A stretch of 52,147 nt of DNA from Gammaproteobacteria bacterium (GTDB lineage Bacteria; Pseudomonadota; Gammaproteobacteria; PS1; Pseudothioglobaceae): the NCBI GenBank assembly GCA_015659815.1, contig DQME01000184.1, forward strand, positions 1 through 52,147. The letters run 5' to 3'. The notes beneath the pieces were generated by a model. The model saw nothing but the letters and a program-made list of their open reading frames with translations, searched no databases and was not told where the DNA came from. Below are positions 1 through 9,813 of this stretch, one piece after another; positions within the stretch are counted from its first letter, which is position 1, and each line of letters begins with the position of its first letter. A program made the position numbers and the translations under genes.

Positions 1-2
1 AA

Positions 3-2189
3 AGCTTCGTTAGCTCTGATGAGCAGATATGTATCACCAATGCAAGCATCCGGGACGGGCTTCTCGGGGAAGAGTTGGCAGTAATTACTGAGGATAACCT
101 ATTTGGCAAGGATGTAGTTAAACAGCACAGAAGGAGGAGGGCAAAACACAAGGACTTTGATGAAGCAATAAAGAGTTTAGTTGAAATTAATATAAATGAC
201 CCTATAGTTCATGAGAATTACGGTGTTGGAAGATACCTAGGCCTCAAAACTCAAATGTTCGATGATCGGCCACAAGAATTGTTAATTCTAGAATATGCAA
301 ACGGCTCAAAATTAATGGTGCCAATTACTTCACTTAATTTAATTTCAAGATATTCAGGGGCAACCGCTGAAAATGCTCCGCTACATAAATTGGGCTCTAA
401 TCAATGGATAAAAGCCAAGAAAAAAGCAAGTGAATCTTTGTATGATATTGCAGTCGAGCTTCTAGAAATATATGCTAAACGAGAATCGCAAAAGGGTTTT
501 GCATTTCCAGGGCCAGATGATGCATACTCTTCATTCGTTACCAGTTTTGCCTTCGAAGAGACGCCCGATCAAATTAAAACTATGGAAGATGTGCTTACTG
601 ATATGCAGTCAGAAAGACCTATGGACAGGCTTGTATGCGGAGATGTTGGTTTTGGTAAAACTGAAATTGCAATGCGTGCAGCATTTTTGGCAATTGAAGC
701 TGGAAAGCAAGTAGTGGTTCTTGTTCCTACTACCCTTTTAGCTAGCCAGCACTATCAATCTTTTAGTGATCGTTTCACAAACTACCCTGTTGAAATTGCT
801 GCCATTTCAAGGTTTCAAACAAGTTTAGAACAGAAAAATATTGCAGCCAAATTGAAACAGGGAACTATAGACATTGTTGTAGGAACACATAAACTCATCC
901 AGGGAAATATAACATACAGTAATCTTGGCTTAATTATTATTGATGAAGAGCATAGGTTTGGAGTAAAACAAAAAGAGGCACTCAAAAAATTGCGCGGCCA
1001 AAGCGATATTCTAACTATGACAGCCACACCAATCCCTAGAACCCTTAATATGGCTCTCGGTTCATTAAGGGAGCTCTCAATTATTGCAACACCGCCAAAA
1101 GGGCGTAGTGCTATCAAGACGTTTGTTGATGAGTGGAACGACGAAACTATTAAAGAGGCGTGCTCCAGAGAACTGCATCGCGGGGGGCAAATTTTTGTTC
1201 TTCACAATGACATAGACTCAATCGACAATATGGCAGAGAATATAAAAACGTTAATACCAAACATCAGAGTAAGAGTAGCACACGGGCAGATGCCAAGCAA
1301 AGAATTAGAAAATATAATGGGGGACTTTTACCATGGCAGGTTTCAGTTATTGGTTTGCACTACTATTATAGAAACTGGAATAGACATACCTAACGCTAAT
1401 ACAATAATAATTAATAATGCTCAAAATTTTGGTCTTGCTCAATTACATCAATTACGAGGTAGAGTTGGGCGTTCTCATCATAGGGCATATGCATACTTCG
1501 TTATTAAGTCGCACCAATCATTAACAGGCAATGCGAAAAAGAGGCTGGACGCAATTGAATCATTAGAGGAGTTAGGGGCAGGATTTATGTTGGCGAATCA
1601 TGACCTTGAAATCCGTGGCGCAGGAGAGCTACTAGGTGACAACCAGTCAGGAAAAATAAACGAGATTGGGTTCAACCTTTATCATGATTTATTGAAGCGC
1701 ACAATTAATGCTATTCGAACCGGAAAATCTATCAACCTTGACGACCCCATCAATCATGAAATTCAAATTGACCCAGGTATTGCTGCCATTATTCCAGAGA
1801 CATATACACAGGACGTACATGAAAGACTTGTTCTCTACAAGAGAATATCTAGCGCTAAAAATGACAACGAACTTAAATCTTTGCAGATTGAGATGATTGA
1901 TAGATTTGGACTGCTGCCGGAAGCTACAAAAAACTTATTTGCAACCACATCTCTAAAGATATATTCTGAAAAAATTGGAGTTGAAAAGGTGGTTATCTAC
2001 GAGGACAAGGCGCACATTACATTTTCTGAAAATACAAATATTGAGCCGATTAAGGTTATTAACTTAATCCAAAAACAACCAAAAGTTTACCACCTAAAGG
2101 GCCAAAACCAATTGGTTTACAATCAGGAAATGCCTGACGACATCAAAAGAATAGTTTTGATAGATAATTTACTTAAAAAACTGGACTAA
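3..2189 (+). CDS. mfd: Transcription-repair coupling factor Mfd, C-terminal portion (5' end upstream of window)
   Basis: The reading frame is open from nt 3 to the window edge, so the ORF-track start at 75 (TTG) is an artefact. Superfamily-2 helicase motifs GDVGFGKTE, DEEHRFG, TATPIPRT and QLHQLRGRVGRS are present, followed by an Mfd-type C-terminal region. Confidence 0.93.
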   Translation, partial: SFVSSDEQICITNASIRDGLLGEELAVITEDNLFGKDVVKQHRRRRAKHKDFDEAIKSLVEININDPIVHENYGVGRYLGLKTQMFDDRPQELLILEYANGSKLMVPITSLNLISRYSGATAENAPLHKLGSNQWIKAKKKASESLYDIAVELLEIYAKRESQKGFAFPGPDDAYSSFVTSFAFEETPDQIKTMEDVLTDMQSERPMDRLVCGDVGFGKTEIAMRAAFLAIEAGKQVVVLVPTTLLASQHYQSFSDRFTNYPVEIAAISRFQTSLEQKNIAAKLKQGTIDIVVGTHKLIQGNITYSNLGLIIIDEEHRFGVKQKEALKKLRGQSDILTMTATPIPRTLNMALGSLRELSIIATPPKGRSAIKTFVDEWNDETIKEACSRELHRGGQIFVLHNDIDSIDNMAENIKTLIPNIRVRVAHGQMPSKELENIMGDFYHGRFQLLVCTTIIETGIDIPNANTIIINNAQNFGLAQLHQLRGRVGRSHHRAYAYFVIKSHQSLTGNAKKRLDAIESLEELGAGFMLANHDLEIRGAGELLGDNQSGKINEIGFNLYHDLLKRTINAIRTGKSINLDDPINHEIQIDPGIAAIIPETYTQDVHERLVLYKRISSAKNDNELKSLQIEMIDRFGLLPEATKNLFATTSLKIYSEKIGVEKVVIYEDKAHITFSENTNIEPIKVINLIQKQPKVYHLKGQNQLVYNQEMPDDIKRIVLIDNLLKKLD

Positions 2190-2207
2190 AGAAATATATA
2201 TTTTTCT

Positions 2208-2807
2208 TCAATTGTTTTTTTGTCTAAAGTAGCTCATAAAGGGGCTGACTATCAATGCCAAAATAAAGATAAAAGCCACTCCTCCAACAATATCGCCAAA
2301 AAAATACGACTGTACAAAGCTAGCAATATCAATTTCTCTAGGAGGAAGGTCTGGGTAAAGAATAGAGTTTCTAAATGTAGTGTTAACAAATAATTTTAGT
2401 GATGTGTTATACACGGCAGCCAGGATAGCCAGAAATATAATGTGTTCGAAAATAAGCTTTTTGTCTTCATAAAAGCTAGATAACTTAAAAAGCTTCATAG
2501 TCTGAATTGCCAAAAGAGGGGCAATAGAGCCAGCAAATGCTTGTGACCAGTTCAAGGAGGAACCGGGCCATCCCCAGACAAAATATCCAGACAACAGTAT
2601 TCCAATAAAGATCCCGAAAAAGACTCTATAACCAAAAAGCAAATAAGACATGGTAACTGCGCCTATCTGTAGCCACACCGGTTGCCCAACAAGGTCCTTT
2701 ACACTACCAAATATTAAAGCGGATAGATAAACTACAAGTATTGTTACTAGGTTTGTAACTATGAATTCGGAAATATTGAATTTATCAATATTTGTTATTT
2801 TGTCCAT
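2208..2807 (-). CDS. Hypothetical polytopic inner-membrane protein
   Basis: ATG-initiated 199-aa ORF with about 6 hydrophobic helices. No catalytic motif recognised. It lies 48 nt downstream of a small HTH gene on the same strand. Confidence 0.6.
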   Translation of the reverse strand: MDKITNIDKFNISEFIVTNLVTILVVYLSALIFGSVKDLVGQPVWLQIGAVTMSYLLFGYRVFFGIFIGILLSGYFVWGWPGSSLNWSQAFAGSIAPLLAIQTMKLFKLSSFYEDKKLIFEHIIFLAILAAVYNTSLKLFVNTTFRNSILYPDLPPREIDIASFVQSYFFGDIVGGVAFIFILALIVSPFMSYFRQKNN

Positions 2808-2855
2808 ACCCTTGTTTAAGTTATAAGGTATAAGCTATAAATCAATGTGAGCTAA

Positions 2856-3140
2856 TTAACTAGGACAGAAAGATAAATTCATCTTCCTCTTGTCTTCTGA
2901 TGACTGTTCGGAACTAATCGTGCCATCATACTGTAACTTTGCTACTACACGATTAACGGTTGAAAGGGAAACATCGGCAAAATATGGATGCTTCATTATC
3001 TTAGATATGGTAGTCTTCTCTTCGCTAACAATAAATTCCAGGATCGCCTTTTCAACTTCAGAGTAGTCACGAATACCTAATGCATCTTCATATTCGAATA
3101 GCGATTGCCTTAATTGAAATAATCTGTCTAGTGCTTGCAT
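2856..3140 (-). CDS. Small winged-helix (MarR-like) DNA-binding protein, hypothetical
   Basis: 94 aa. The segment TTISKIMKHPYFADVSLSTVNRVVAKLQYDGTI looks like an HTH plus wing. ATG start. Confidence 0.5.
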   Translation of the reverse strand: MQALDRLFQLRQSLFEYEDALGIRDYSEVEKAILEFIVSEEKTTISKIMKHPYFADVSLSTVNRVVAKLQYDGTISSEQSSEDKRKMNLSFCPS

Positions 3141-3248
3141 AATTCAAATCATAATATAATAATTAATCTTTCATGTTACCATACAAATTTATTTAAAATA
3201 TATATCAATTAAATACATTAAATAGATGTATTAATGCTATAATAAATT

Positions 3249-3333
3249 TGTCTTGGTAGAGTGTTCCAACAATAGTTATATAAACTGTTATATTTTTCAT
3301 CTCCTTGATATAAATACATACTCTACCAAGGCA
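3249..3333. repeat. Long-range inverted repeat (11-bp perfect core CTTGGTAGAGT / ACTCTACCAAG, extendable to about 14-16 bp with G-T pairs on the + strand) enclosing about 57 nt
   Basis: Arms at 3249-3262 and 3320-3333 were paired base by base. Located in the 251-nt spacer between the ispH stop and the HTH gene start. Confidence 0.5.
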
Positions 3334-3391
3334 TTAACATTTACTTATCTAAATAACGCTAACCTCTTCAAATTCAATTAGTTGTATGTTG

Positions 3392-4333
3392 CTATTTATT
3401 TTTTTCAGTTCTTAGCGACTTTGGCACAGGGAAGTGTGTAGATTCCTCTATACCATCAATCTCAATAACCTCACCACCTCCATAAGAGCTTAAGAAATCC
3501 ACTACCTCTTGCACTAACAGCTCTGGTGCAGAAGCTCCAGCGGTTACTCCAACACTATTAATGCCGTCTATCCATGATTTCTGTATTTCGTCTGCCCCAT
3601 CAATCAGATATGATGGTTTATTCATATTAATAGCAATTTCCATTAAACGGTTTGAGTTAGATGAGTTTTTTGAACCCAGAACGATAAGAATATCTGAGTA
3701 TTTCATTATCTCCTTTACGGCGTCTTGTCTGTTTTGTGTGGCATAGCAAATATCATTCTTTTTTGGCCCATTAATGTGCGGAAATTTATCCTTAAGAGCT
3801 TTAACAACGAGCTGTGTGTCGTCTACTGAAAGTGTTGTTTGTGTAGTGTAGGATAAATCTATATCTTGATTAAAAAATAGCCCCTCTACATCTTCCACAT
3901 CCTCAACAAGATGAATATGTTGGCCTTCACTTGACTGGCCCAAGGTCCCCTCAACTTCAGGGTGACCTTGGTGTCCTATTAAAACTACGCCGTGTTTTTT
4001 CTTTTGATTTCTCAATACCTCTTTGTGTACCTTGGTTACCAGCGGACAGGTGGCATCATATATCGTGTTACTTAGTGCGTTTGCGCTATTGCGAACTGAC
4101 TGAGAAACGCCGTGTGCGCTAAAGATTATTACGCCTCCTTCAGGTATATCTTCTATATCGTCAACAAAAATAGCTCCCATCTTAGTTAATCTATTAACAA
4201 CGAACTTATTATGGACTACCTCATGGCGGACATAAATTGGCTTGCCATGCAACTCTATGGCACGCTCCACTATCTCGATAGCGCGCTCAACACCGGCACA
4301 AAACCCTCTTGGATTAGCGAGTAATACTTTCAT
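3392..4333 (-). CDS. ispH: 4-hydroxy-3-methylbut-2-enyl diphosphate reductase
   Basis: N-terminus MKVLLANPRGFCAGVERAIEIVE plus full-length colinearity with IspH/LytB. 313 aa. Confidence 0.95.
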   Translation of the reverse strand: MKVLLANPRGFCAGVERAIEIVERAIELHGKPIYVRHEVVHNKFVVNRLTKMGAIFVDDIEDIPEGGVIIFSAHGVSQSVRNSANALSNTIYDATCPLVTKVHKEVLRNQKKKHGVVLIGHQGHPEVEGTLGQSSEGQHIHLVEDVEDVEGLFFNQDIDLSYTTQTTLSVDDTQLVVKALKDKFPHINGPKKNDICYATQNRQDAVKEIMKYSDILIVLGSKNSSNSNRLMEIAINMNKPSYLIDGADEIQKSWIDGINSVGVTAGASAPELLVQEVVDFLSSYGGGEVIEIDGIEESTHFPVPKSLRTEKNK

Positions 4334-4529
4334 AGATTTATTTAATAGAGACCTATTTTAAATTAGCTAGTTAATTTTATCATATGCCAACTCTTATCTT
4401 TATTGCAGGACATTTTGATTATATTAAATTTATATATTACTATATAACAATATTCTCATAGTAAGATCACTCTAATATAATGAAATTATTATAGTAATAA
4501 CATGCATTTCATATAGGTATATAATCGTG

Positions 4530-4560
4530 AAAACCTCTACAAAAAGGAGAGGTTTTTTTT
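4530..4560 (+). terminator. Intrinsic-terminator-like hairpin plus T-run in the leader of the nucleoside operon
   Basis: AAAACCTCT (4530-4538) pairs with AGAGGTTTT (4548-4556) around a 9-nt loop and runs into a stretch of 8 T. There is no upstream + strand gene for it to terminate. Confidence 0.4.
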
Positions 4561-4585
4561 GATTAATTTTAATAGGAGAATAGAT

Positions 4586-5635
4586 ATGAAATACACTTTA
4601 CTTGGTAAAGTCATTAAACAGTCAGGACTGTTACTGGTTGCTGGCTCTATGTTGCTAGGAGTAACTACCTTACAAGCAGAAATTAAACCTGCCGTTGTAT
4701 ATGATACTGCAGGTAAGTTTGATAAATCTTTTAACGAAGCTGTGTTTAGGAACGGTGTTCTAAAATTTAAAGCGGACACAGGTATAAGGGTTACTGAAAT
4801 TGAACCTACAAACTCAACACAACGAGAGCAGAGTCTTAAAAAGCTAGCGAAACGTGGACATGGACCTATTGTAGCTGTTGGTTTTTCTATGGCTAGTGCT
4901 ATAGAGTCTGCCGCGAAGGCATACCCTGACACTCACTTTACAATTATAGACATGGTTGTCGGTCTTCCAAATGTACAGAGTGTTGTATTTAAAGAGCACG
5001 AAGGTTCATTCTTGGTTGGTGTGTTAGCTGCAATGAAGTCTGAAACTGGAGTTGTCGGTTTTGTTGGAGGAATGGATATACCTCTTATTCGTAGGTTTGC
5101 TTGTGGATATGAGCAAGGAGCTAAATATCAAAACAACAATATTGAGATATTACAAAACATGACAGGCTCTACTGGAGCAGCATGGAACAACCCAACTAAG
5201 GGTGGTGAGCTTACTCGTAGTCAAATCGAGGCTGGAGCAGACGTTGTATACGCAGCTGCAGGTGGCACTGGTATAGGCGTTTACCAAGCGGCTGCAGATC
5301 TGGGCAAGTACGCAATTGGTGTTGACTCTAACCAAAACTATATGCAGCCTGGTACCATGCTGACCTCAATGGTTAAGAGGGTTGGTGATGCGTCTTATAA
5401 TAGCTGGCAGGCCGGCCTAGATGGCAACTGGAAGGCAGGATTTCAAGCACTTGGTCTAGCCGAGGGTGGCGTTGACTGGGCATTAGATGAGCACAACCGT
5501 GAACTAGTAACCGCAGCAATGGAGGCTAGAGTTAACGATGTGAAAGCTAAAATCATTGCTGGTGATATAACTGTACACGACTACATGTCTGATAACACTT
5601 GTGCTGCCCCTCAAGGAATTAATTTCTCTAATTAA
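4586..5635 (+). CDS. BMP-family (PnrA/Med-like) ABC transporter substrate-binding protein, probable nucleoside receptor
   Basis: I prefer the ATG at 4586, preceded by AGGAG with 7-nt spacing, over the ORF-track TTG at 4559. The signal peptide MKYTLLGKVIKQSGLLLVAGSMLLGVTTLQA fits this start. BMP-family sequence throughout, and it is followed by the cognate ATPase and two permeases. Confidence 0.85.
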   Translation: MKYTLLGKVIKQSGLLLVAGSMLLGVTTLQAEIKPAVVYDTAGKFDKSFNEAVFRNGVLKFKADTGIRVTEIEPTNSTQREQSLKKLAKRGHGPIVAVGFSMASAIESAAKAYPDTHFTIIDMVVGLPNVQSVVFKEHEGSFLVGVLAAMKSETGVVGFVGGMDIPLIRRFACGYEQGAKYQNNNIEILQNMTGSTGAAWNNPTKGGELTRSQIEAGADVVYAAAGGTGIGVYQAAADLGKYAIGVDSNQNYMQPGTMLTSMVKRVGDASYNSWQAGLDGNWKAGFQALGLAEGGVDWALDEHNRELVTAAMEARVNDVKAKIIAGDITVHDYMSDNTCAAPQGINFSN

Positions 5636-5651
5636 TTAATTCTTTAAACCC

Positions 5652-5687
5652 AAACCCTAGGCTATTATGTGGCCTGGGGTTTTTTGA
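5652..5687 (+). terminator. Intra-operon hairpin plus T-run after the binding-protein gene (partial terminator or stabiliser)
   Basis: AAACCCTAGGC (5652-5662) pairs with GCCTGGGGTTT (5672-5682), giving 11 bp with one G-U pair, followed by TTTTT. Confidence 0.5.
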
Positions 5688-5718
5688 TTTGAATTGAAAG
5701 TAGCAAATAATTGTTGAC

Positions 5719-7269
5719 ATGAACAAACCACAATATGCCATTGAGTTAGTGGACATTAATAAACGGTTCGGAGCTGTCTATGCCAACAATAAGGTATGCC
5801 TGAACGTTGAAGAAGGCACTATTCATGGCATTATTGGCGAAAATGGTGCTGGAAAATCAACCTTGATGAGCATACTGTATGGCTTCTACCAGGCCGACTC
5901 TGGCCTAATAAAAGTATTCGGTAATAGTCTTCAATTTAAAGACTCCCATGAAGCTATAAGTTCTGGGATTGGCATGGTACACCAACACTTTATGCTTGTA
6001 GATAACTTCACTGTACTTGAAAATGTAATTCTGGGTACAGAAGGTGGAGCATTACTGCATGAAGGCTTAAGAGAAGCCAGGAAAGAGCTAACAAGGCTTG
6101 GTCAAGAGTATGGCCTCAAAGTAGACCTTGACGCTACAATTGAATCTCTGTCAGTTGGGTCTCAGCAAAGAGTTGAAATTCTTAAGGCGCTATACAAGGG
6201 TGCAAAGATATTGATTTTTGATGAGCCAACAGGAGTACTTACACCTCAAGAAGCCCAAGACCTATTTAGGATTTTTTCAGCCCTTAAGAACGAAGGGGTA
6301 ACAATAATACTAATAACCCATAAGTTACATGAAATTATTCATATAACTGACAATGTTTCCGTTATGCGTGCTGGCAAAATGGTTGCCCAGAAAGTTACAT
6401 CTAAAACCGACCGTGAAGATTTAGCTGAACTTATGGTAGGCCGTAAAGTTCTATTACAAGTCGACAAGGAAGATAAAGATAAAGGAGAAGTTTTACTAAA
6501 AGTTAACAAACTAAGTGTACTTGACGAGAACAACATATTTAGGCTAAAAGATGTTAGCTTTGAGGTTCATGCTGGCGAAGTAGTAGGTATTGCTGGCGTT
6601 TCTGGTAATGGTCAAAGCGCACTACTTAAAGTGCTATCAGGAATATCTAATATTACCCAAGGAAGTGTCGAAATACTAGGCCAAAAAATGGACTCAAAAA
6701 ATCCAATTTTCCCAGACAAGTTAAGAGAACTTGGCTTGTCTCATGTTCCTGAGGACCGTCTAAGAATGGGCCTAATAAGTGAATTCAGTGCAAGTGAGAA
6801 CTCAATAATTGGCTACCACAACGACAAACAGATTAATGGTAGGTTTATTATGAACAATGCTAAAGTAAGAAACGAATGCGCAAAACTAATGGAAGGTTTT
6901 GATGTTAGGCCTGCTGACCCTGACCTAAAGTCATCAAACTTCTCTGGAGGGAACCAACAAAAACTTATATTGGCTCGTGAATTTAATCGTAATCCCAAAA
7001 TATTACTCATAGGTCAGCCTACCAGGGGGGTGGATATTGGGGCAATAGAGTTTATACATAAAAGAATTATTGAAATGCGTAATTCAGGCAAAGCGGTGCT
7101 ATTGGTATCAGTTGAGCTAGATGAGATTATGTCAATAAGCGACAGAATTATCGTCCTTTGTGATGGACATATTAGTGGAAGGGTTGATGCAAAAAGTGCG
7201 GACGAACGTACACTAGGATTGATGATGGCGAACGCATACGATACAACAAATAATTTAGAGAGTAACTAA
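5719..7269 (+). CDS. ABC transporter ATP-binding protein, duplicated cassette
   Basis: Walker A motifs GENGAGKST and GVSGNGQS. ABC signatures LSVGSQQR and FSGGNQQK. 516 aa. Confidence 0.9.
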   Translation: MNKPQYAIELVDINKRFGAVYANNKVCLNVEEGTIHGIIGENGAGKSTLMSILYGFYQADSGLIKVFGNSLQFKDSHEAISSGIGMVHQHFMLVDNFTVLENVILGTEGGALLHEGLREARKELTRLGQEYGLKVDLDATIESLSVGSQQRVEILKALYKGAKILIFDEPTGVLTPQEAQDLFRIFSALKNEGVTIILITHKLHEIIHITDNVSVMRAGKMVAQKVTSKTDREDLAELMVGRKVLLQVDKEDKDKGEVLLKVNKLSVLDENNIFRLKDVSFEVHAGEVVGIAGVSGNGQSALLKVLSGISNITQGSVEILGQKMDSKNPIFPDKLRELGLSHVPEDRLRMGLISEFSASENSIIGYHNDKQINGRFIMNNAKVRNECAKLMEGFDVRPADPDLKSSNFSGGNQQKLILAREFNRNPKILLIGQPTRGVDIGAIEFIHKRIIEMRNSGKAVLLVSVELDEIMSISDRIIVLCDGHISGRVDAKSADERTLGLMMANAYDTTNNLESN

Positions 7270-7285
7270 TTAATAATTACAAAAA

Positions 7286-8386
7286 ATGAATCGAGATACC
7301 CGCATAAACTGGATTAACAGGCTGATTTTACCGGTATTAAACGTACTGACAGCGTTTGCTGCAACAGCAATTATTTTTGTAATAATTGGTGTAGACCCAA
7401 TAGAGGCTGCTGAAATATTACTGTATGGCGCTTTTGGATACCAAGAAGGCTTAGGTTACACACTATATTATGCTACAAACTTTATTTTCACTGGTTTGGC
7501 AGTTGCCGTAGCCTTTAATGCAGGTCTTTTTAATATCGGTGGAGAGGGTCAGGCATATATCGGTGGCCTCGGAACCGCGCTTATTATATTTGCAATTGAC
7601 CCAAACACAAGTGCATGGATATTTATCCCTGCGAGCATTTTAGGGGGTTTATTGTTCGGAGCACTTTGGGCCTTAGTTCCTGCATACCTACAAGCGTACC
7701 GTGGTAGCCATATAGTAATAACCACAATAATGTTTAACTTTCTGGCTTCCTCATTGATGGTATATATGCTAGTAAATGTTTTGAGAGAGCCAGGAAATAT
7801 GTCTCCAGAAAGCCAACTGTTCCCACAAAACTCCTGGTTTCCATTTATCCATGATTTGTCTACAAATTTTGGATTTGTGATGGAAGAGTCTCCATTAAAT
7901 GTTTCTTTGTTTGTGGCATTATTCTTTGCGGTTATAGTCTGGATTCTTATTTGGCATACTCGCCTAGGTTACTCTTTACGTGCCACAGGTTTGAATAGCG
8001 AAGCTGCTATTTATGCCGGCATCAAGCCTAAGCGTATTATTCTTATAACCATGTGTATATCAGGAGCATTGGCAGGCCTAGTAGGTATAAATGAGTTAGT
8101 TGGCTATCAACATAGAATTATTATGGACTTTCACTTTGGCTATGGCTTTGGCGGAATTGCGGTAGCATTGATGGGCCGAAACCACCCTATAGGCATAATT
8201 ATTGCAGCACTACTATTCGGAGTTCTCTACCAAGGCGGTGCTGAGTTAGCATTTGAATTAAGCAACATATCAAGAGACATAGTTGTTGTTATGCAAGGGC
8301 TCATAATTTTATTCTGTGGAGCGCTACAGTACATGTATAAGCCTTGGGTAATTAATGCATTAGCACCAATTCAAAAGGAATCATGA
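7286..8386 (+). CDS. ABC transporter permease (BMP-type system)
   Basis: 366-aa polytopic membrane protein placed between the ATPase and the second permease. Confidence 0.85.
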   Translation: MNRDTRINWINRLILPVLNVLTAFAATAIIFVIIGVDPIEAAEILLYGAFGYQEGLGYTLYYATNFIFTGLAVAVAFNAGLFNIGGEGQAYIGGLGTALIIFAIDPNTSAWIFIPASILGGLLFGALWALVPAYLQAYRGSHIVITTIMFNFLASSLMVYMLVNVLREPGNMSPESQLFPQNSWFPFIHDLSTNFGFVMEESPLNVSLFVALFFAVIVWILIWHTRLGYSLRATGLNSEAAIYAGIKPKRIILITMCISGALAGLVGINELVGYQHRIIMDFHFGYGFGGIAVALMGRNHPIGIIIAALLFGVLYQGGAELAFELSNISRDIVVVMQGLIILFCGALQYMYKPWVINALAPIQKES

Positions 8387-9360
8387 TGGACGACCTACTC
8401 TTAACTCTAGTTCTTACATTTGATGCTGCACTCAGAGTGTCTACACCCCTCATACTTGCATCTATGGCTGGACTTTTTGCTGAGCGCTCAGGAATAGTAG
8501 ATATTGGTCTTGAGGGGAAAATGTTGGCCTCAGCATTTGCAGCTGCAAGCGCAGCAACTGTATTAGGTTCTCCATGGATCGGGTTAATGGCTGGAGTTAT
8601 AGTTTCATGTGGTTTGTCAATGCTACATGGATTTGCAACCATAACCCACAAAGGAGACCAGATTGTGAGCGGTGTTGCTATTAATATTTTAGCTGCTGGA
8701 ATGTCCATTATTTTGGGTCTTGCTTGGTTCGGCCAAGGCGGCCTTACACCTACACTCACATATGATCAGAGGTTTCACTCCTTATCCCTTCCAGGAATAG
8801 ATATTATGGACAACATTCCACTGATTGGCACAATATACAGGGAATTAATTAGTGGACATAATGTACTAGTTTATCTGGCATTTATTATAGTCCCGATAGT
8901 TTGGTGGGTAGTTTATAGAACTAGGTTTGGTTTAAGGCTTAGAGCGGTAGGTGAAAATCCAAAGGCTGTTGATACTGCTGGTCTATCTGTAACAAAACTT
9001 CGCTATAAGGCGCTTTTAGTTGGGGGTATATTGTGCGGTATAGCTGGAGCATACCTTAGTATAGCTCATAACGCCCAATTTACTCGAGACATGACTGCAG
9101 GGCAGGGCTTTATAGCCCTTGCGGCATTAATATTCGGCAAATGGAAACCATACACTGTCCTTTCTGCGTGCTTACTTTTCGGATTTCTTGATGCTGTAGC
9201 AGTTAGACTACAGGGTGTTGTAATTCCAGGTATTGGTGAAATTCCTGTACAATTAATTGAGTCAACGCCGTATTTATTGACAGTAATACTGCTGGCAGGA
9301 TTTATTGGAAAAGCAGTTCCTCCTAAGTCGGTTGGAGTGCCATACATAAAAGAGCTATGA
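8383..9360 (+). CDS. ABC transporter permease (BMP-type system)
   Basis: 325-aa polytopic membrane protein. ATGA overlap with the preceding permease gene. Confidence 0.85.
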   Translation: MMDDLLLTLVLTFDAALRVSTPLILASMAGLFAERSGIVDIGLEGKMLASAFAAASAATVLGSPWIGLMAGVIVSCGLSMLHGFATITHKGDQIVSGVAINILAAGMSIILGLAWFGQGGLTPTLTYDQRFHSLSLPGIDIMDNIPLIGTIYRELISGHNVLVYLAFIIVPIVWWVVYRTRFGLRLRAVGENPKAVDTAGLSVTKLRYKALLVGGILCGIAGAYLSIAHNAQFTRDMTAGQGFIALAALIFGKWKPYTVLSACLLFGFLDAVAVRLQGVVIPGIGEIPVQLIESTPYLLTVILLAGFIGKAVPPKSVGVPYIKEL

Positions 9361-9758
9361 CTATGACTACATCTGAACACATTTTCTTACTAAAAGATGC
9401 CATGCAAAATGCTTACGCTCCTTACTCTAATTACAAGGTGGGCGCTCTAATTATTTCAGAGACTGGTGCAATACATATAGGGTGCAATGTTGAAAACGCA
9501 AGCTATCCTCAAGGAGGGTGTGCTGAATCAGGGGCTATTTCGGCTATGATAGTGGGCGGAGATAAGAGAATAAAGCAGATTTATATAATGAGCGATGATG
9601 ATGACGGTGCAACTCCTTGTGGAGGGTGCAGACAGCGAATACGAGAATTTTCTGACTCAGAAACATTGATCACTCTATGCTCTAGTGAAGAAATTATAGA
9701 AACATTGAGTGTTGAGGATTTACTACCAAAATCATTTGGGCCAGAATACCTAAAATGA
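9357..9758 (+). CDS. cdd: Cytidine deaminase
   Basis: Zinc-ligand motifs CAESGA and PCGGCRQ. 133 aa. ATGA overlap with the permease gene. Confidence 0.9.
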   Translation: MTMTTSEHIFLLKDAMQNAYAPYSNYKVGALIISETGAIHIGCNVENASYPQGGCAESGAISAMIVGGDKRIKQIYIMSDDDDGATPCGGCRQRIREFSDSETLITLCSSEEIIETLSVEDLLPKSFGPEYLK

Positions 9759-9813
9759 TCCGGTTTAATAATTAAAGTTGTAGCGTGGCTACATTAACTC
9801 TACACAAAGACCC

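Noticed and set aside
3205-3300. 31-aa hydrophobic small ORF (MKNITVYITIVGTLYQDKFIIALIHLFNVFN) on the minus strand, a possible type I toxin-like peptide
   Set aside because: The AAGGAG sequence abuts the ATG with zero spacing, there is no supporting context, and such ORFs arise easily in A/T-rich spacers.
4511-4560. Purine-riboswitch-like start (TATATAATCGTG) in the nucleoside operon leader
   Set aside because: Only the first few bases resemble the P1/J1-2 region. The following sequence lacks the conserved loops and junction, and there is not enough length before the terminator hairpin for a three-way junction.
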